Positions 27,353 through 41,584 of a DNA stretch of 64,000 nucleotides are shown one piece after another. The notes under the pieces were generated by a model, which had not been told where the DNA came from, did not search any database, and saw only the letters and a list, made by a program, of their open reading frames with translations. This DNA is from Eledone cirrhosa (taxonomy: Eukaryota): assembly GCA_964016885.1 (NCBI GenBank), contig OZ024743.1, positions 83,824,001-83,888,000 of the forward strand, in the 5' to 3' direction. Both the position numbers and the translations under genes were made by a program. Numbering within the stretch: position 1 is the stretch's first letter; the number at the start of each line of letters is the position of its first letter.

Positions 27353-28062
27353 TTATATATATACTGTATATATATATATATATATAAATATATATATATA
27401 TAGAGAGAGAGAGAGGGGGGAGAGGGAGAGAGAGGGCGATGGGAAAAGAGGGAAAGATCGAAGCTCATTACTACTATTTTGTGGATGTACATATTTCAGA
27501 GATCTTTTTTATTGGAGAAATTAAGAAATTCTTAATATATTCTATAATCCGTATTTTTACTTTACAATTCCACTGTCAGTTACGTACACAGAAATAGAGA
27601 GGATTGTTAAAAATATGATTTATTCAATATAAAAATTGAACGATAGTATTGTAGTTGTGAGTAGACCCTTTGTCTTCTCGTGGCCACCAATTTTTTAACC
27701 CAGTCTAATGTGTATAGGTATGAATGTATATGAACATATAGGTGTGTGACTGTGCGTAAGTGTAGACAAAGTTTAAGGCACGAGTAGTAAAATTAAAATT
27801 TAAGAGAATGTCTTGCCTCAAGTAAAGGCCTCTACAACGTAGATCAACTATAATATAGTTTAAGTATAAACATGGATATAACCTCTTGAGACGGGGAACA
27901 AGATGAATAGAAGGCGATTCCATCTCAACGGGTTTATACAACTTGCTCTTAAATAACAAACACATAGACATACACACATATATACATACTTACATACACA
28001 CACACACATATATATATGTGTATATATATATATATATATATAAACACAGATATATGTATATA

Positions 28063-28134
<72 letters not shown>

Positions 28135-28168
28135 CATATATATATACATATACATATATATGCATATA

Positions 28169-28211
<43 letters not shown>

Positions 28212-28327
28212 AGAGAGAAAGAGAGAGAGAGTTATATATATATATATATGTATGTGTATATATATATAGGGAGAGAGAAAGGGAGAGTTATATATATACA
28301 TAGGCATATATATCTATATATATAGGC

Positions 28328-28370
<43 letters not shown>

Positions 28371-28377
28371 CATATAT

Positions 28378-28452
<75 letters not shown>

Positions 28453-28745
28453 TACACACGCACAAATACATACACAAATGAAAATAAACTCGATCACCTT
28501 TGATTGTTCTCTTCCTTATTCTTACATTCCTTAAAACCAAAATTCCAACAATAATTTCATGATTCTCCTGATTACATATCAACTGTATTTGGTACTTTTT
28601 TACTTGTGGGTTTTTTTTCATTCTTTCTTTTGTTTCATTTTATGTTTTCATTATACACACATACATACAGACTTACACATATACACACACACACGCACAC
28701 ATATATATATAATAATATATATACATATACATATATATATATATA

Positions 28746-28821
<76 letters not shown>

Positions 28822-28824
<3 letters not shown>

Positions 28825-29031
28825 TAAGGAACCACATGGACCATAATGCACCAGAGTACTCAATACTTAGGATAGTAGAGTGGTTAATAGGAAGATGTTT
28901 AACCCCGACGACAGAGCGCAAGCCGTTTTGACGGCTATTTCTGGACTAAATTAGAATTTAGTCCAAAACTTTAGTCCAGAAATAGCCGTCGAAATGGCTT
29001 GAGCTCTGCCGTCAGGGTTAAACATTTTCCT
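28822..29031. mobile_element. Short fold-back element carrying an HHR 3' half
   Basis: gtcGAAA(c/t)ggc-ttgagctct-gccGTCaggg plus its inverse; relatives at 37645-37862, 43820-44092 and 52858-52945, all in (TA)n. Confidence 0.6.
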
Positions 29032-29077
29032 ATATATATATATATATATGTATGTATATATATATATGTATATATAC

Positions 29078-29125
<48 letters not shown>

Positions 29126-30249
29126 TCAAGGATATTAAATAAATGGAAACTATCTTTATAAAAACCATATTTATTCTATCAAAGGTACCAAAACTTTGGT
29201 ACGCTCTCATCAGATAAAATAAAAAGTTTGTTTTATAAATATGGACATATCCAGGAAGATCTTAACGGTTCAAGTTTTTCCTGGATAGTAAAAGGGAAGA
29301 GAGGAAAGAGTAGAAAAGTCAAATAATTCAAATTAAGATGAGTGTGCAAATGACGTTGAGGTACAGGGCTGAAAAATACGTTATTTTTAGACGCTAGGTA
29401 GATTTAAATAATTCTTAGGATATATGTATGTGTAGGAAGAAGAAAGAGAAAGAAAGAAAAGCTTGTATTTACGTAAATTTAAAAAGAATTAACAGTTTCT
29501 AGGAATGGTGGAATATGATTCCAGAATTTAAAAATATTTATTTAGCTATATTATGAGTTATAATATTGTATATATAATCAATTAGATCAAAGTTTCTCAA
29601 CCCATTTAGGCCAAACGCCCCCTTTTGTCCCTTGAAATCATGAAACGCCCCCCCCCCCAATACACACCCTATTTTCCCATTTTTCAATATACTACTGATT
29701 TTGATATCAGTAGATTACTAAAAAATTGATTAACAATATTCAGGCAGCTGAGAGTATAAATACATTCCTTGAAAGGAAATATATAAATTTCAAAAAAAGG
29801 AACATAAATGTTCTTTTTTATGAATAAGGACCAGTTGAATTTGTTATATTCCCACCAAGCGTTACCAGCTATTTTGAACATTTATCAAGAGCAACTCTGT
29901 CTATCCCAAGAGTGCTCTTATCTGGAAGAAAGTGGCAATTATATCATTTCAAAGCTTTCCAATTTTCCCTTTAATGAAACGGACAGAATAAATGTTGATA
30001 TCAAACTTGATGTCCCCCTGCTTTGTGAGCTTAGAGACCACGGAAGAGGGTTTTCATGACCACACGGGAGGGTATATTTATTAATGAATGGTAAATATAT
30101 ATACAACAAATGAGTAATTGAATTGTAGTAGATGGTTTCCAGTCCAGTCAGACTGCAACTACAAATAAAAAAATTGTTAGTTTGCTTTGTAACAATAGCA
30201 TATCCAAGTTTTAGGATAAATCAACTTGACTCATTTCAATGGGACCCTT

Positions 30250-31293
30250 GAGCTTCATGGAGTCTAGCTAACTCTTTGACGTGAGGTTGAATTTTCCTAA
30301 GGTGTAGCCAGAGATCTCCACGTGTAATTACATTGTAGCGGTTGCGAGCCTTACTGTGCAGTCTGGAAATACACACATCTAACCTCCTCTCGACTAAGTA
30401 TGAGCTTGGAAAAGGCAGAGCAAATCTCTTAGCCTCTGCATGTAGGTGTGGAAATCAACGCTAAATTTCCTCTTGCATCCCAAAAAGGGGTTCACCTATT
30501 TTGGGAAATCTAATTTTGATCATGTCGTCTGCTTGAAGTTCAATGAATTCTTCCTGAAATTTAACGTCCAAATCGTCGACGTTAGCTATGAAAGCATCTG
30601 CTATCCACATTGGGATGTCCATCGGCAAAAGGTCGACAAACCGTTCTCTTATGTTGTCTTGTAGCGCACGGAGGTGAGTGGTATAAATTTGGAGTTGGTC
30701 ATCGCTTACAATGTTTTGAACATTGGCGACACTAGGAAAATTATAGAATTCCCTTCAACAAAGATTCCTTTCGATGACATTCAATTTGGCCAGGAATGTT
30801 TTCTCAGCATTCCTTTCTTTAAGCAAGGTGATCTTCTTCCCCTGCAAAGCCAAAATGACGCTATTGCATTTGTCGAAGATGTTGGTGAGGTAGGCGCAGT
30901 CTTGCCTCACATCGAGGGTTTTCTTGTACAGTTCTGTGTTGCGTCCTCGCAGAAACTCAATGATAGAGTCGAAGAGTTGAAAGAAGTGAGTAAAGCACTT
31001 GCCCTTTGAAAGCCACCTCACTTCAGTATGAAGGAGCATCTTGACGAATTCTTCGTCATTATCTTGGCACAGTTGCTGGAAAATTCGTTCATTGAGGGAA
31101 TGCCGTTTGATAAAATTGATGACATCAATGGCCACCTGCAAGGACTTGCTCAGAGGCTTGCTGAATTTCTTCGCAGCCAAGTGTTGTCGATGAATGACAC
31201 AATGAATAGCAAATACAGATAGATTTTCTCTCTTCAGAAGAGTGACGAAGCTCTTATGTTGGCCGACCATTGCGCTTGCGTCGTCCGTAGCAA
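30250..31293 (-). pseudogene. hAT (Buster/SPIN-like) transposase, C-terminal half
   Basis: TDDASAMVG, HCVIHRQHL, HTEVRWLSKG and LPFPSSYLVERR motifs; frameshifted. Confidence 0.9.
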
Positions 31294-31299
31294 ATGATA

Positions 31300-31908
31300 C
31301 AATGTGTGTTGTATGTGGTCCTAGATGTATGTATTACCTGCCTGTGTGTTGTATGTAGTCCTAGATGTATGTATTACCTGCTTATGTATTGCATGTGGTC
31401 CGAGCTGTATGTATTACCTGCTTGTGTGTTATATGTCGTCCTAGATGTGTGTATTACCTCCTTATGTGTTGTATGTGGTCCTAGATGTATGTATTACCTG
31501 ATTGTGTTGTATGTGGTCCTAGATGTTTGTATTACCTGCTTATGTGTTGTATGTGGTCTTAGATGTGTGTGCTACCTGCCTCTGTGTTTTATGTGGTCCT
31601 AGATGTGTGTGTGCTACCTCCTTATGTGTTGCATGTGGTCCTAGATGTGTGTATTACCTCCTTATGTGTTGTATGTGGTCCTAGATGTTTGTATTACCTG
31701 CTTATGTGTTGTATGTGGTCCTAGATGTGTGTGCTACCTGCCTGTGTGTTTTATGTGGTCCTAGATGTGTGTGTGCTACCTCCTTATGTGTTGCATGTGG
31801 TCCTAGATGTGTGTATTACCTGCGTATATGTTGTATGTGGTCTTAGATGCGTGTATTACCTGCCTATGTGTTGTATGTGGTCCTAGATGTGTGTGCTACC
31901 CACTTCTG
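31300..31908 (+). repeat. ~40-bp minisatellite inside the hAT
   Basis: Repeated tgtgttgtatgtggtcctagatgtgtgtattacctgctta. Confidence 0.9.
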
Positions 31909-33542
31909 TGTTTTTTTTTTCTTTTTTATTTGTAATATTATTTATACAATAGGGAATAAAGTAGATCTACATAGTGTTAACTCGTTACGGTTGAGTCAAT
32001 AATTTCAGACATGAAATACATTGTTATCGGTGAAGGAAAGATAAGATTCTAACTGGCTGCGCTCAAAGTGTCCTTGACCCAGATGACTGTGGGGTTTTTC
32101 ATTTTTAGGATCTCAATTACCGGTTAATGTCTAGACACACCTGCTCACAGCTGTGGTCAGACTATAGTTATGCTGTCTGCAAGCTCATTCAAATGCATTC
32201 ACACTGGCTGTCTCAAAGACATACAAATATGGCTTATAAAACTTACCAAAGTAAAGAGTCTTCCAGCGCCCCCTAGCCCCCCCCCCTCAAGCTCCTAACG
32301 CGACCTTGCTCCCAAACGCCCCCCTGGAGTTCCGAAACGCCCCCCAGGGGTGCATATGCCCCCCGTTGAGAACCTTTGAATTAGATTATATGAAGAATTA
32401 TGGTTGTACATTTTATCTTATTACATTACAACAGGTTGTAAGTATATAAATATCTATATAGATTAATAATTGTGCAAGTATAAGTATTATTGGTGATTTT
32501 ATAGAAATAACCCACACGTATTAATTGTTTATATTTCTCATATGAGTTACGAAGGATGTTGATTTTGCATTTTACATAAATATTTAAGAAAAAGACGTAG
32601 TTCAAGTTGTAAGAGGAGAACAATTTGTAGATTCAAATATTTTGTTCCAACATTGAAAATGTTTTCAGAATATTGTTAATTCAGTGAAGTTATATAGTTT
32701 ATCATACAAGTTATCATATCTATGTTTGCTCAATTGTAAAGGAAAAGATAACTCCAATATTATTTGCTAACCATTAAATTTGATGAATGATTTACTTAGA
32801 AAGTATGTAGAGAAAATTATATATTATTTTGTGTGAGATTATAAGGTATTTTATATTATATGTTTTTCAAGGATGAGAATTTCAATTACATATTATTTAC
32901 GTCGAAAGATGTGTGAAAAGTTTGAAGATTAAAAAGAGGAAAAAATGTATTATTAGATAAGTCAAGAGTGCATTTAGAAGAACTATCGTAAAGAGGATAT
33001 CTTTCAGAATGTCAATTAAAGAGTATCAATCTACATCTAAAAAATAGATTAACAATATTCTGAATAAATTAACAATATTCTGAAAACATTTTCAATGTTG
33101 GGACAAAATATTTGAATCTACAAATTGTTCTCCTCTTACAACTTGAACTACGTCTTTTTCTTAATTTTGTTTATGTAAAATGTAAAATCAACATCCTTCG
33201 TAACTCATATGAAAAATATAAACAATTAATACGTGTGGTTTATTTCTATAAAATCACCAATAATACTTATTAATTTATATAGATATTTATATACTTACAA
33301 CCATAATTCTTCATATAATCTAATTGATTATATATACAATATTATAACTCATAATATAGCTAAATAAATTTTTTTTAATTCTGGAATCATATTCCACCAT
33401 TCCTAGAAACTGTTAATTCTTTTTAAATTCACGTAAATACAAGCTTTTCTTTCTTTCTCTTTCTTCTTCCTACACATACATATATCCTAAGAATTATTTA
33501 ATACATATACATATATCCTAAGATTTATTTATAAAACAAATC

Positions 33543-33612
33543 TTTATTTTATCTGATGAAAGCGCACCATAATTTGCCTTGGTTGCCCTTGAAATATATA
33601 TAATAAAATAAA
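33543..33612 (+). ncRNA. Type I hammerhead ribozyme motif
   Basis: tttattttat-CTGATGA-aag..ctt-GAAA-TATATA-TA-ataaaataaa; 10-bp stem I, palindromic stem III. Confidence 0.75.
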
Positions 33613-33759
33613 TATAGTTTTATAAATATGGTTTTATAAATATAGTTTCCATTTATTTAATATCATTGAATATTATACTCCAGAAATCTGTTGAGTGCTT
33701 CGAATCAGTTATAAACATATATATTTGTTGAATTACCAACAAATCAAATATCCCTTTTG

Positions 33760-33810
<51 letters not shown>

Positions 33811-34000
33811 GAAAGGTATAGAAATTGTTGTAGCGAGAAGCTAACAGTATTCCATAACATATGTTCCTTGTATTTTGATCATGCTTTATTTTTATTTATT
33901 ATTTATTATATTTTTGTCTTTATTTGTTAATTTTTCATTCGCACCGTTTCCTTTCGCTATATGTCTCTCCACCACTCCCCTACACACCTTTTGAACTCTT

Positions 34001-34032
34001 ACCTGAAGAAGGGCTTATGCCCGAAACGTCGT
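34001..34032 (+). ncRNA. Minimal PLE-type hammerhead motif
   Basis: ac-CTGAAGA-a-gggc-ttat-gccc-GAAAC-GTC-gt; AATAAA and (TA)n downstream. Confidence 0.7.
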
Positions 34033-34111
34033 CCTCCACCTACCCCCCACTCTCCTGAGCGTGAATCTAATAAACATTTGTCGTACTGCCTCTCTGTTCT
34101 GTCCCTGTTCA

Positions 34112-34153
<42 letters not shown>

Positions 34154-34253
34154 AACATATACATGTATATATATATATATATGTTTGTGTGTGCGTTTCA
34201 AATCCGGTTTGATCAACAATATAAATTTCTATAGTTATGCAAACTTGCTTTTC

Positions 34254-34286
<33 letters not shown>

Positions 34287-34359
34287 ATATATTTTTTCCT
34301 GCTTACTTTCCTTTTGCAATAATCCTCCATTCTTCCGCAATAAATTAAATTCCTTTATA

Positions 34360-35665
34360 TCATCGACCACCGCCACCACCACTACGACCGCCACCACCAC
34401 CACTACCATCACCACCACCACTACCAACACCAGCATCACTACCACCTCCATCTTCTCCACCACCACCACTACCACCACCACCACACCACTACCACCTCCA
34501 TCATCTCCACCACCACCACCACTTACAACTACAACATTCCTTACTATCCATTCCCCACCATCACCATCACCATCACCACCATCACCACCACCATCCCTAC
34601 CACCACCACCATGACCACTACCACCACCATCCCCACCACCACCATAATTACAACTACCACCACCAACCCTACCATCACCATCACCACCACCATCGCCACC
34701 ACTACAACCAGCACTACCACCACCACCACCATCACCACCACCTCTACCATCACCATCACCATCAACATCACCACCACCATCACCACGACCACAACCAGCA
34801 CTACCACCACCACCACCACCATCACCACCATCACCACCACTATCACCCCCATCACCACCACTATCACCCCAACCATACCCACCACCACCACCATCACCAC
34901 GACCACCATCACCATGACCACCACCATCATCACCACCACCTCAACCCCCACCATCACGATCGCCACCACCACAACCACCACCATCACCACCACCATCACC
35001 ATCACCACCACAACCACCACAACCACCACCACAACCACAACCACCACCACAACCACCACCACCACCTCAACCACCATCACCACCACCACCACTACAACCA
35101 CCACCACAACCTCAACCACCATCACCACCACCACCACCACCACCACAACCACCACCATCACCTCAACCACCAACATCACCACCTCAACCACCACCACCAC
35201 CACCACAACCACCACCATCACCTCACCACCAACATCACCACCTCAACCACCATCACCACCACCACCACCACATCACAACCATCACCACCACCACCACCAA
35301 CACCACGTCAACCACCACCATCACCACCACTATCACCCCACCATACCCACCACCACCACCATCATCACCACCACCACCACCACCACAACCACCACCATCA
35401 CCTCACCACCAACATCACCACCTCAACCACCATCACCACCACCACCACCACCACATCACAACCACCACCACCACCACCACCAACACCACCTCAACCACCA
35501 CCATCACCACCACTATCACCCCACCATACCCACCACTATCATCACCACCACCACCACCACCACCACCACCTCAACCACCACCATCACCACCACTATCACC
35601 CCCACCATACCCACCACCACCACCATACCCACCACCACCACCATCACCACCACCACCACCACCTC
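34360..35665 (+). repeat. (ACC)n-rich microsatellite
   Basis: Direct inspection. Confidence 0.95.
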
Positions 35666-36310
35666 TATCCTCACCGATAAACGCTATCAACTGATGTGTC
35701 TGTGTGGGAGAGGTAGGATGGAATAAAGATATGGAATACAGATACAGAAATAATAAGAGGAGGTAGTGAGACGCTGTTCACGATGGATTCGGCTGATAGC
35801 AAAGATCCGTTCTACACCTGACAACAGATGTTCAAGAAAACTTCACAAGTCAGCAGTCCTCAGATACCGAACGACTGTGGGAATAACACTTTCGTCATTA
35901 TGCACTCATCTCGGACATAGATATAACTGCAGCGTTGTTGTTGTTGTTGTTGTTGTTCTCCTTCTTCTTCTTCTTCTTCTTCTTCTTCTTCTTCACCCAC
36001 TTATTCCTGAGAGGTTTGTGGGGGCAGAGTCCTCAAACACTCCTTCAGAAGCAACCGTCTCCGGATTCTGTCAGAAGCAACCGTTTCCAACTGTTGGTTT
36101 TGCCCATAAAATCTGCCCAGCGATTCTTTCTTGAAACATTCTAATCACATGCCTATAGTATCGGAGTTGTCATCTCTCAAAATGGAGAAATAGCGGCTCT
36201 ACATGGAGAGGCTCTCTGATCTATGTTTTTTTGTTTGTGGAGTGTAAACACTTTCTTCTATTCCTCCTGTGTACAGAAAAATAGGTAAAATTCTTACACT
36301 TCACATTTCA

Positions 36311-36624
36311 TTCTGGTACTTTTATTTTATTTTATCGACCCCGTAAGGATGAAAGGCGGGATTTGAACTCAGAACTTAATGTCACAAAGCATGGTGTCTG
36401 ACCCTCTATCGATACTGCCAATCCACCAACTAAATAATTGTTTCTACTTGTGGCACAAGGCCAGCAATTACCCAGTGCATTACTGGTACTTTATTTTATC
36501 GACCCCGTAAGGATGAAAGGCAAAGTTAACCTCGGCGGGATTTGAACTCAGAATGGCAAGGGCCGTAACTCTATGCGTCAAAGCATGGCGTCCGACCCAC
36601 TACCGATACTGCCAATTCACCGCC
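36311..36624 (-). mobile_element. Two tandem Meta-like SINE copies
   Basis: Deleted copy 36311-36428 and full copy 36433-36624. Confidence 0.8.
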
Positions 36625-36719
36625 CTTGCCAATTCACCAAATAATGTAAGACATTTAGTTTCGTATTGAACTGTCTGCTATTATTTCACTGTAATAAACT
36701 ATATAGTTTAATATTCTAA

Positions 36720-37060
36720 GTGGACTACGTGGATACGTGGATACGAAGCTCGTTTTGCAATCCTGGGGTCACGGGTTCTATCCGACTGCATGAAATCTTG
36801 GATAAAGGCCTTTACCATAGCTTCATTTCGACCCATGCCTTGCAAGTGAAATAGAGTATGCGGAAGCTGTATGAAAGCCCGTCGGAGAGATTGTACTTTG
36901 TCACTTAGTGTGTCATATTGATGCGGCTTTGAAACTACGTTAAATATACGCGTCTTTGTTGAATACTCGGTCACTAACACGTCAATTTAACGAATAGGGC
37001 GTTTAGATAAATAGATCTACTCCAGGTTCATCGTCGAAACCGACGGCGGATAGATCAAAA
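36720..37060 (+). mobile_element. Diverged tRNA-SINE (same family as 42575-42895)
   Basis: tttgtcac..gtgtca..ctacgttaa..gaatactcggtcact..tcatcgtcgaaaccgacgg matches the inverse of 42575-42895. Confidence 0.55.
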
Positions 37061-37592
37061 TATTATAAGTAATATAATAGCTTAAATAGTATAAATATCT
37101 TCATTCTCCTTTATGTATTTCTCACAACATGGCCGAATGGTTAGGAAGTTCACTTCACAATCATTAAGTCCCCGGGTTCGATCCCACTGTACATATAAAC
37201 TCATTAAAACACACTTTTGTATTTAAGCACCAAAAACAGCCAGAAATAATCGTATAGAAAATACCACCAACGATCGTACCACTAGTTACCAGTGACGACC
37301 ATTACCAGCCACGTTAGCCACTTGGTAATACACTGCACATCTCCCGTCAATCTATGAAGGGTTTGTAGTTCACATTGAAACTTATTTAATAAGTTTAAAA
37401 TGTAAACACTTTTTATTCAGACGTACATACTGCGATAAGAAAATAGATATGTTCTAACGAAAAATCCGCGATGTAGCGAGGATTACCGCGATAGGAAATT
37501 AGATACGTTCCAAAGAAAAATCCGCGATGTAGCGGGACCGCGAGAAGTTAACCGCGATATAGCGGGGATAGCGGGGATTCTTACCACACATC

Positions 37593-37644
<52 letters not shown>

Positions 37645-37885
37645 CGAAGGAAGTGTGGTAAGGAACCAGATGGACCATAACGCACCAGAGTACTCGATAC
37701 TTAGGGTAGTAGAAAAAGAGTCAGGACCCCGACAGCTGAGCTCCGGCCGTTTCGACAGCTAGGTCTAAAGTAACGCAGTAGTGTTAGGACGGCGGTAGTC
37801 TAGCTGTCAAGGGGTATATTCCATATATGGAATACACCCGTCAGGGTCCTGACTCTTTTCCTATATATACATATATATATATATA

Positions 37886-38025
37886 CTATCAGAATGATCC
37901 GGCGTTGCTCGGGATTTGCTCTAGGGTTCTTATATGTTTGATACATATTTATCCTTATCGAGCCTCGTGAAATAAATACGTTTGTTTATATTTTGTTATT
38001 GTGTTTAAAAAATATCTGTACACGA

Positions 38026-38058
<33 letters not shown>

Positions 38059-38190
38059 CTGCTACTTTCACTCTTAACGGGATCTTCTGAAACTAAAAAT
38101 ATCAAGCTGTGAATGCAGAAGTAAATATTTCGAAAAACGTTACACACTATATATATACACACACTATATATACATATATATATAGATAAC
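37886..38190 (-). mobile_element. Partial Helitron-like copy
   Basis: Shares the ccggcgttgctcggg end and body with 16292-16900. Confidence 0.6.
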
Positions 38191-38221
38191 ATAATAAATA
38201 TCATTATATTGTAAGTGGTAT

Positions 38222-38411
38222 GGGCGGTGGATTGGCAGTATCGGTAGAGGGTCGGACGCCATGCTTTCCAGCATAGTTATGTCCCTTTACGATCTGAGTT
38301 CAAATCCCGCCGAGGTTGACTTTGCCTTTCATCCTTACGGGGTCGATAAAATAAAGTACCAGTAATGCACTGGGTAATTGCTGGCCTTGTGCCTAAAGTA
38401 GAAACAATTAT
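38222..38411 (+). mobile_element. Full-length Meta-like SINE
   Basis: ggcggtggattggcagtatcggtag..gttcaaatccc..gcctttcatccttacggggtcgataaa; flanked by attatattgtaagt repeats. Confidence 0.85.
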
Positions 38412-38994
38412 ATTGTAAGTAGTAAAATATGATAAGAGTAGTCAGCAGCAATGAAATAACAAGATGGAACTAATTAAATGTATAAATTAGATTAATGTAG
38501 TACAAATATAATGATTTAGAATTCAGAGATTTCTTTGAAACATTCAGTTGCAATTATTTCAATGAAAACGTCCGTGAAACGAAGCATCTGTATAAGTAGA
38601 CTGTGTCAGACTTATTATCAAGTTGGCTCTCAGCAACGTGAGTTAGTTATATCGTGTTTATCAAGAGAATAAGGAGAATTTTATTTATCAGGGATAGGAA
38701 AGGTATGGAGTGGTGGGGAGTCTAGGAGATTGTTAATTGTTGTTAGTTTCTGCTTTCATAGCAAAAATCCATATCATAGCTAATGTGGCGGGAGGTGGTG
38801 GAAAGGGAGATGTTTTAGGAGGAGTTTTTTCTTTTTTTGTATTGGTGAACAATAGCGTCGTTTATTATATATGAATGCTGAATTAGAATTCCTCAATTAT
38901 AATTCCTCGAACACACTAACCACTAAACCATATATATATATCGTTTCTGAATTTGTTTAGCAAGATTCTTTATCTGAAATCGTGTGTTGAAACC

Positions 38995-39410
38995 GATATT
39001 GTTATACTTTGGGAGGGTCATGTTGCCGATAAGAAACACACGCACCAGTTGCTTTCACTTCAATTTAATTTATTATATATTTATAAATTTACAAATTTAT
39101 AAATTTCTGGTTGGTTGGTTGGTTCCACAACCAGATAGTTGTTTATATATATATAGTCATAGTTCTTTCGTCACACACTCTGTGACCTCTTCAGTGACTG
39201 GGGATTTCTTTCTTCGTTTCTGTGCCTTTCCTTTCTTCTATCCTACGCCATTTTGGATAAATTATATATAAACAACTATCTGGTTGTGGAACCAACCAAC
39301 CAACCAGAAATTTATAAATTTGTAAATTTATAAATATATAATAAATTAAATTGAAGTGAAAGCAACTGGTGCGTGTGTTTCTTATTGGCAACATGACCCT
39401 CCCAAAGTAT

Positions 39411-39418
<8 letters not shown>
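38995..39418. mobile_element. PLE-like fold-back cassette: ~150-bp inverted arms enclosing an HHR
   Basis: 39000-39152 is the inverse of 39263-39415; minus-strand HHR 39155-39199 agtca-CTGAAGA-g-gtcaca..tgtgac-GAAA-gaac-TA-tgact. Confidence 0.8.
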
Positions 39419-39488
<70 letters not shown>

Positions 39489-39781
39489 TGAGGGAAGGCA
39501 ATATAGTCAGTTTGATGACAGCTACATTCAAGACAACCGCAACAACAGCAGAAACAACAACAACAACAACAGCAACACCGAATATTGCTGGCCTTGGCCT
39601 TGTATTTGTACCTAAATCAGAAACCATTATCATTGAGAGAGAGAGAGATATAATTTACACACATATACACACATGTATACTGGCATATCTATAAACACTC
39701 CCACATATCACATATGAACACATGCATGTGTACGTGTATATGTATTTACATGTGTGTCTCTCTTTCTTTCTCTCTCACCCC

Positions 39782-39858
<77 letters not shown>

Positions 39859-40525
39859 CATATACAAATAAATGTACACACAAACTCATATTTACATTTA
39901 TAGTCCTAAATCTGATGAATTTGTTTTTCGAGCGCTTTCTAAATTGTGTTGCACGAATTAATAGTCTCATTCTAATTGTAAAATAATTACCCTTCATAAT
40001 TACAATAATATCTCATTTTTTCATGTTGACCTTGAATGTTAACGGTTGCGAAATCTAGCGTTCTAGAGAAGACTATTCAGTTTTCGACACGTAGACAGGG
40101 CTGCCAGAACCTTTTCCCCGGTAATACCAAAGTCACTCCAGGTAGAGCCGCTATTTCTCCGAATTGAGAGATCATAGTTCCGATGAAGACTAATTCTAAT
40201 TAGTCAAATACAGCGGAAGCACATGTTACTACCTCATTTTCAAATTCGCTAGCCGTTTCTAAACAAAGCTTGCTTTGTGTCCCTATATATAACTTCAACC
40301 TTCAATGAGTTAGGACTTAGGATAACACTAGCTACCAACCTCTCTAGCATAGATTTCTTAGACATTAATTTAGGACCTTCGCACACACACCTACAGACCC
40401 TTCCATAAGCTTAACGAAAAAATCAATTACATTCACAAAGACTCACGCCACCCTCCCACTGTTTTTAGAAACTTCGTAAATAATATCAGTACTAGAATCT
40501 CTAACCTCTCCTCTAATAAGGCTAT

Positions 40526-40610
<85 letters not shown>

Positions 40611-40612
<2 letters not shown>

Positions 40613-41414
40613 GTAGGAGGCGAGGCTGTGTGGTTACTGAAAACGAAGTGTTAGAAGGTAATCGGAACACAAACAAGAGAAGAAAAGTTTCCCTTCGTCA
40701 GCTGTTTCGTTGTTGGATGTTTCGGCGCTTAAAACAGAACATCGATCTGTAGCGCGCCTATAGCCTTTTACCTATCAAAAGGTCATGAGAGAAAGAAGTG
40801 ATAGTGAAGAGAGAGGAAGAAAGAAAAAGAGAAGAAGGAAAAAAAGAAAAAACGAAAAAACGAAGTAAACATACCGATAGAAGGGGGAACACAGGACAAT
40901 GGCACATGTTAGTAAGTAACCGAAGAGAAAATAGATCAAATGACACCAAGCCGATGGCTATAAGCCCGGTGGCCATAATAACAGAGGTGCTAGGTTTTTC
41001 CGTGGCGATTCTCATTAAAGTGAGTGTAGTGAGAGAGAAAGACAGAGAAGGCGGTGAGAGGGAGTAGAGGACAGAGGGGGTGAGTAAGAGGGATAGAGAG
41101 AGAGGGGGAGGAGAATGGAAAGGGAGTTAATCCAAAGGGTTTACGACGCACGTGCGACCGAGGCCGAAAACAAGCAAATGGATAGGGGGGAAGAGAGAGA
41201 ATGAGGGGAGAGAAAAGGAGGGAGTCGATCCGAAAACGTGGTGGGACATAAGTCAGGCCAAAGACAACAAATCCAGCAAGACTGGTAGAGAGGAGGTCAC
41301 AGCATTAAATACAAAAATACGGGTAGGAGACGAGGCTGTGTGGTTACTGAAAACGAACTGTTAGAAAGTAATCGGGACACAAACAAGAGAAGAAAAGTTT
41401 CCCTTCGTCAGCTG
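40611..41414 (-). mobile_element. Degenerate PLE-like unit with 94-bp direct repeats
   Basis: 40611-40704 is about equal to 41321-41414; each begins CTGACGAaggg on the minus strand; HFNENRH peptide remnant. Confidence 0.45.
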
Positions 41415-41584
41415 ATCTCTAGCGTCCACTACTTCTCCATCACCTTCGACCTTGCGACAATTCAAAGATGTGGTCATACAATAAACTCTAACCTCACTTC
41501 TTCATCCTATGTTCATTTACTCATTACCATTCTTATCTCCATAGTAACACAACAATTACTTCTTACCCACGCACAACACAACTT

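Larger units (their letters stand above)
29588..32378 (-). mobile_element. Defective Buster-type hAT DNA transposon
   Basis: TIRs caaagtttctcaac/gttgagaacctttg; 8-bp TSD AATTAGAT (nnnTAnnn) on both sides. Confidence 0.9.
29126..33670. repeat. Long diverged inverted repeat (PLE-like) interrupted by a hAT
   Basis: 29126-29587 plus 32387-32685 is the inverse of 33060-33670. Confidence 0.8.

Noticed and set aside
37125-37190. tRNA gene
   Set aside because: A/B-box-like motifs without a full cloverleaf; a SINE head fragment, like that at 62748-62815.
40176-40222. Possible HHR (cCGATGA-a-gactaatt..aattagtc-AAAT)
   Set aside because: Good stem II, but both core segments are mutated; at best a dead relic.
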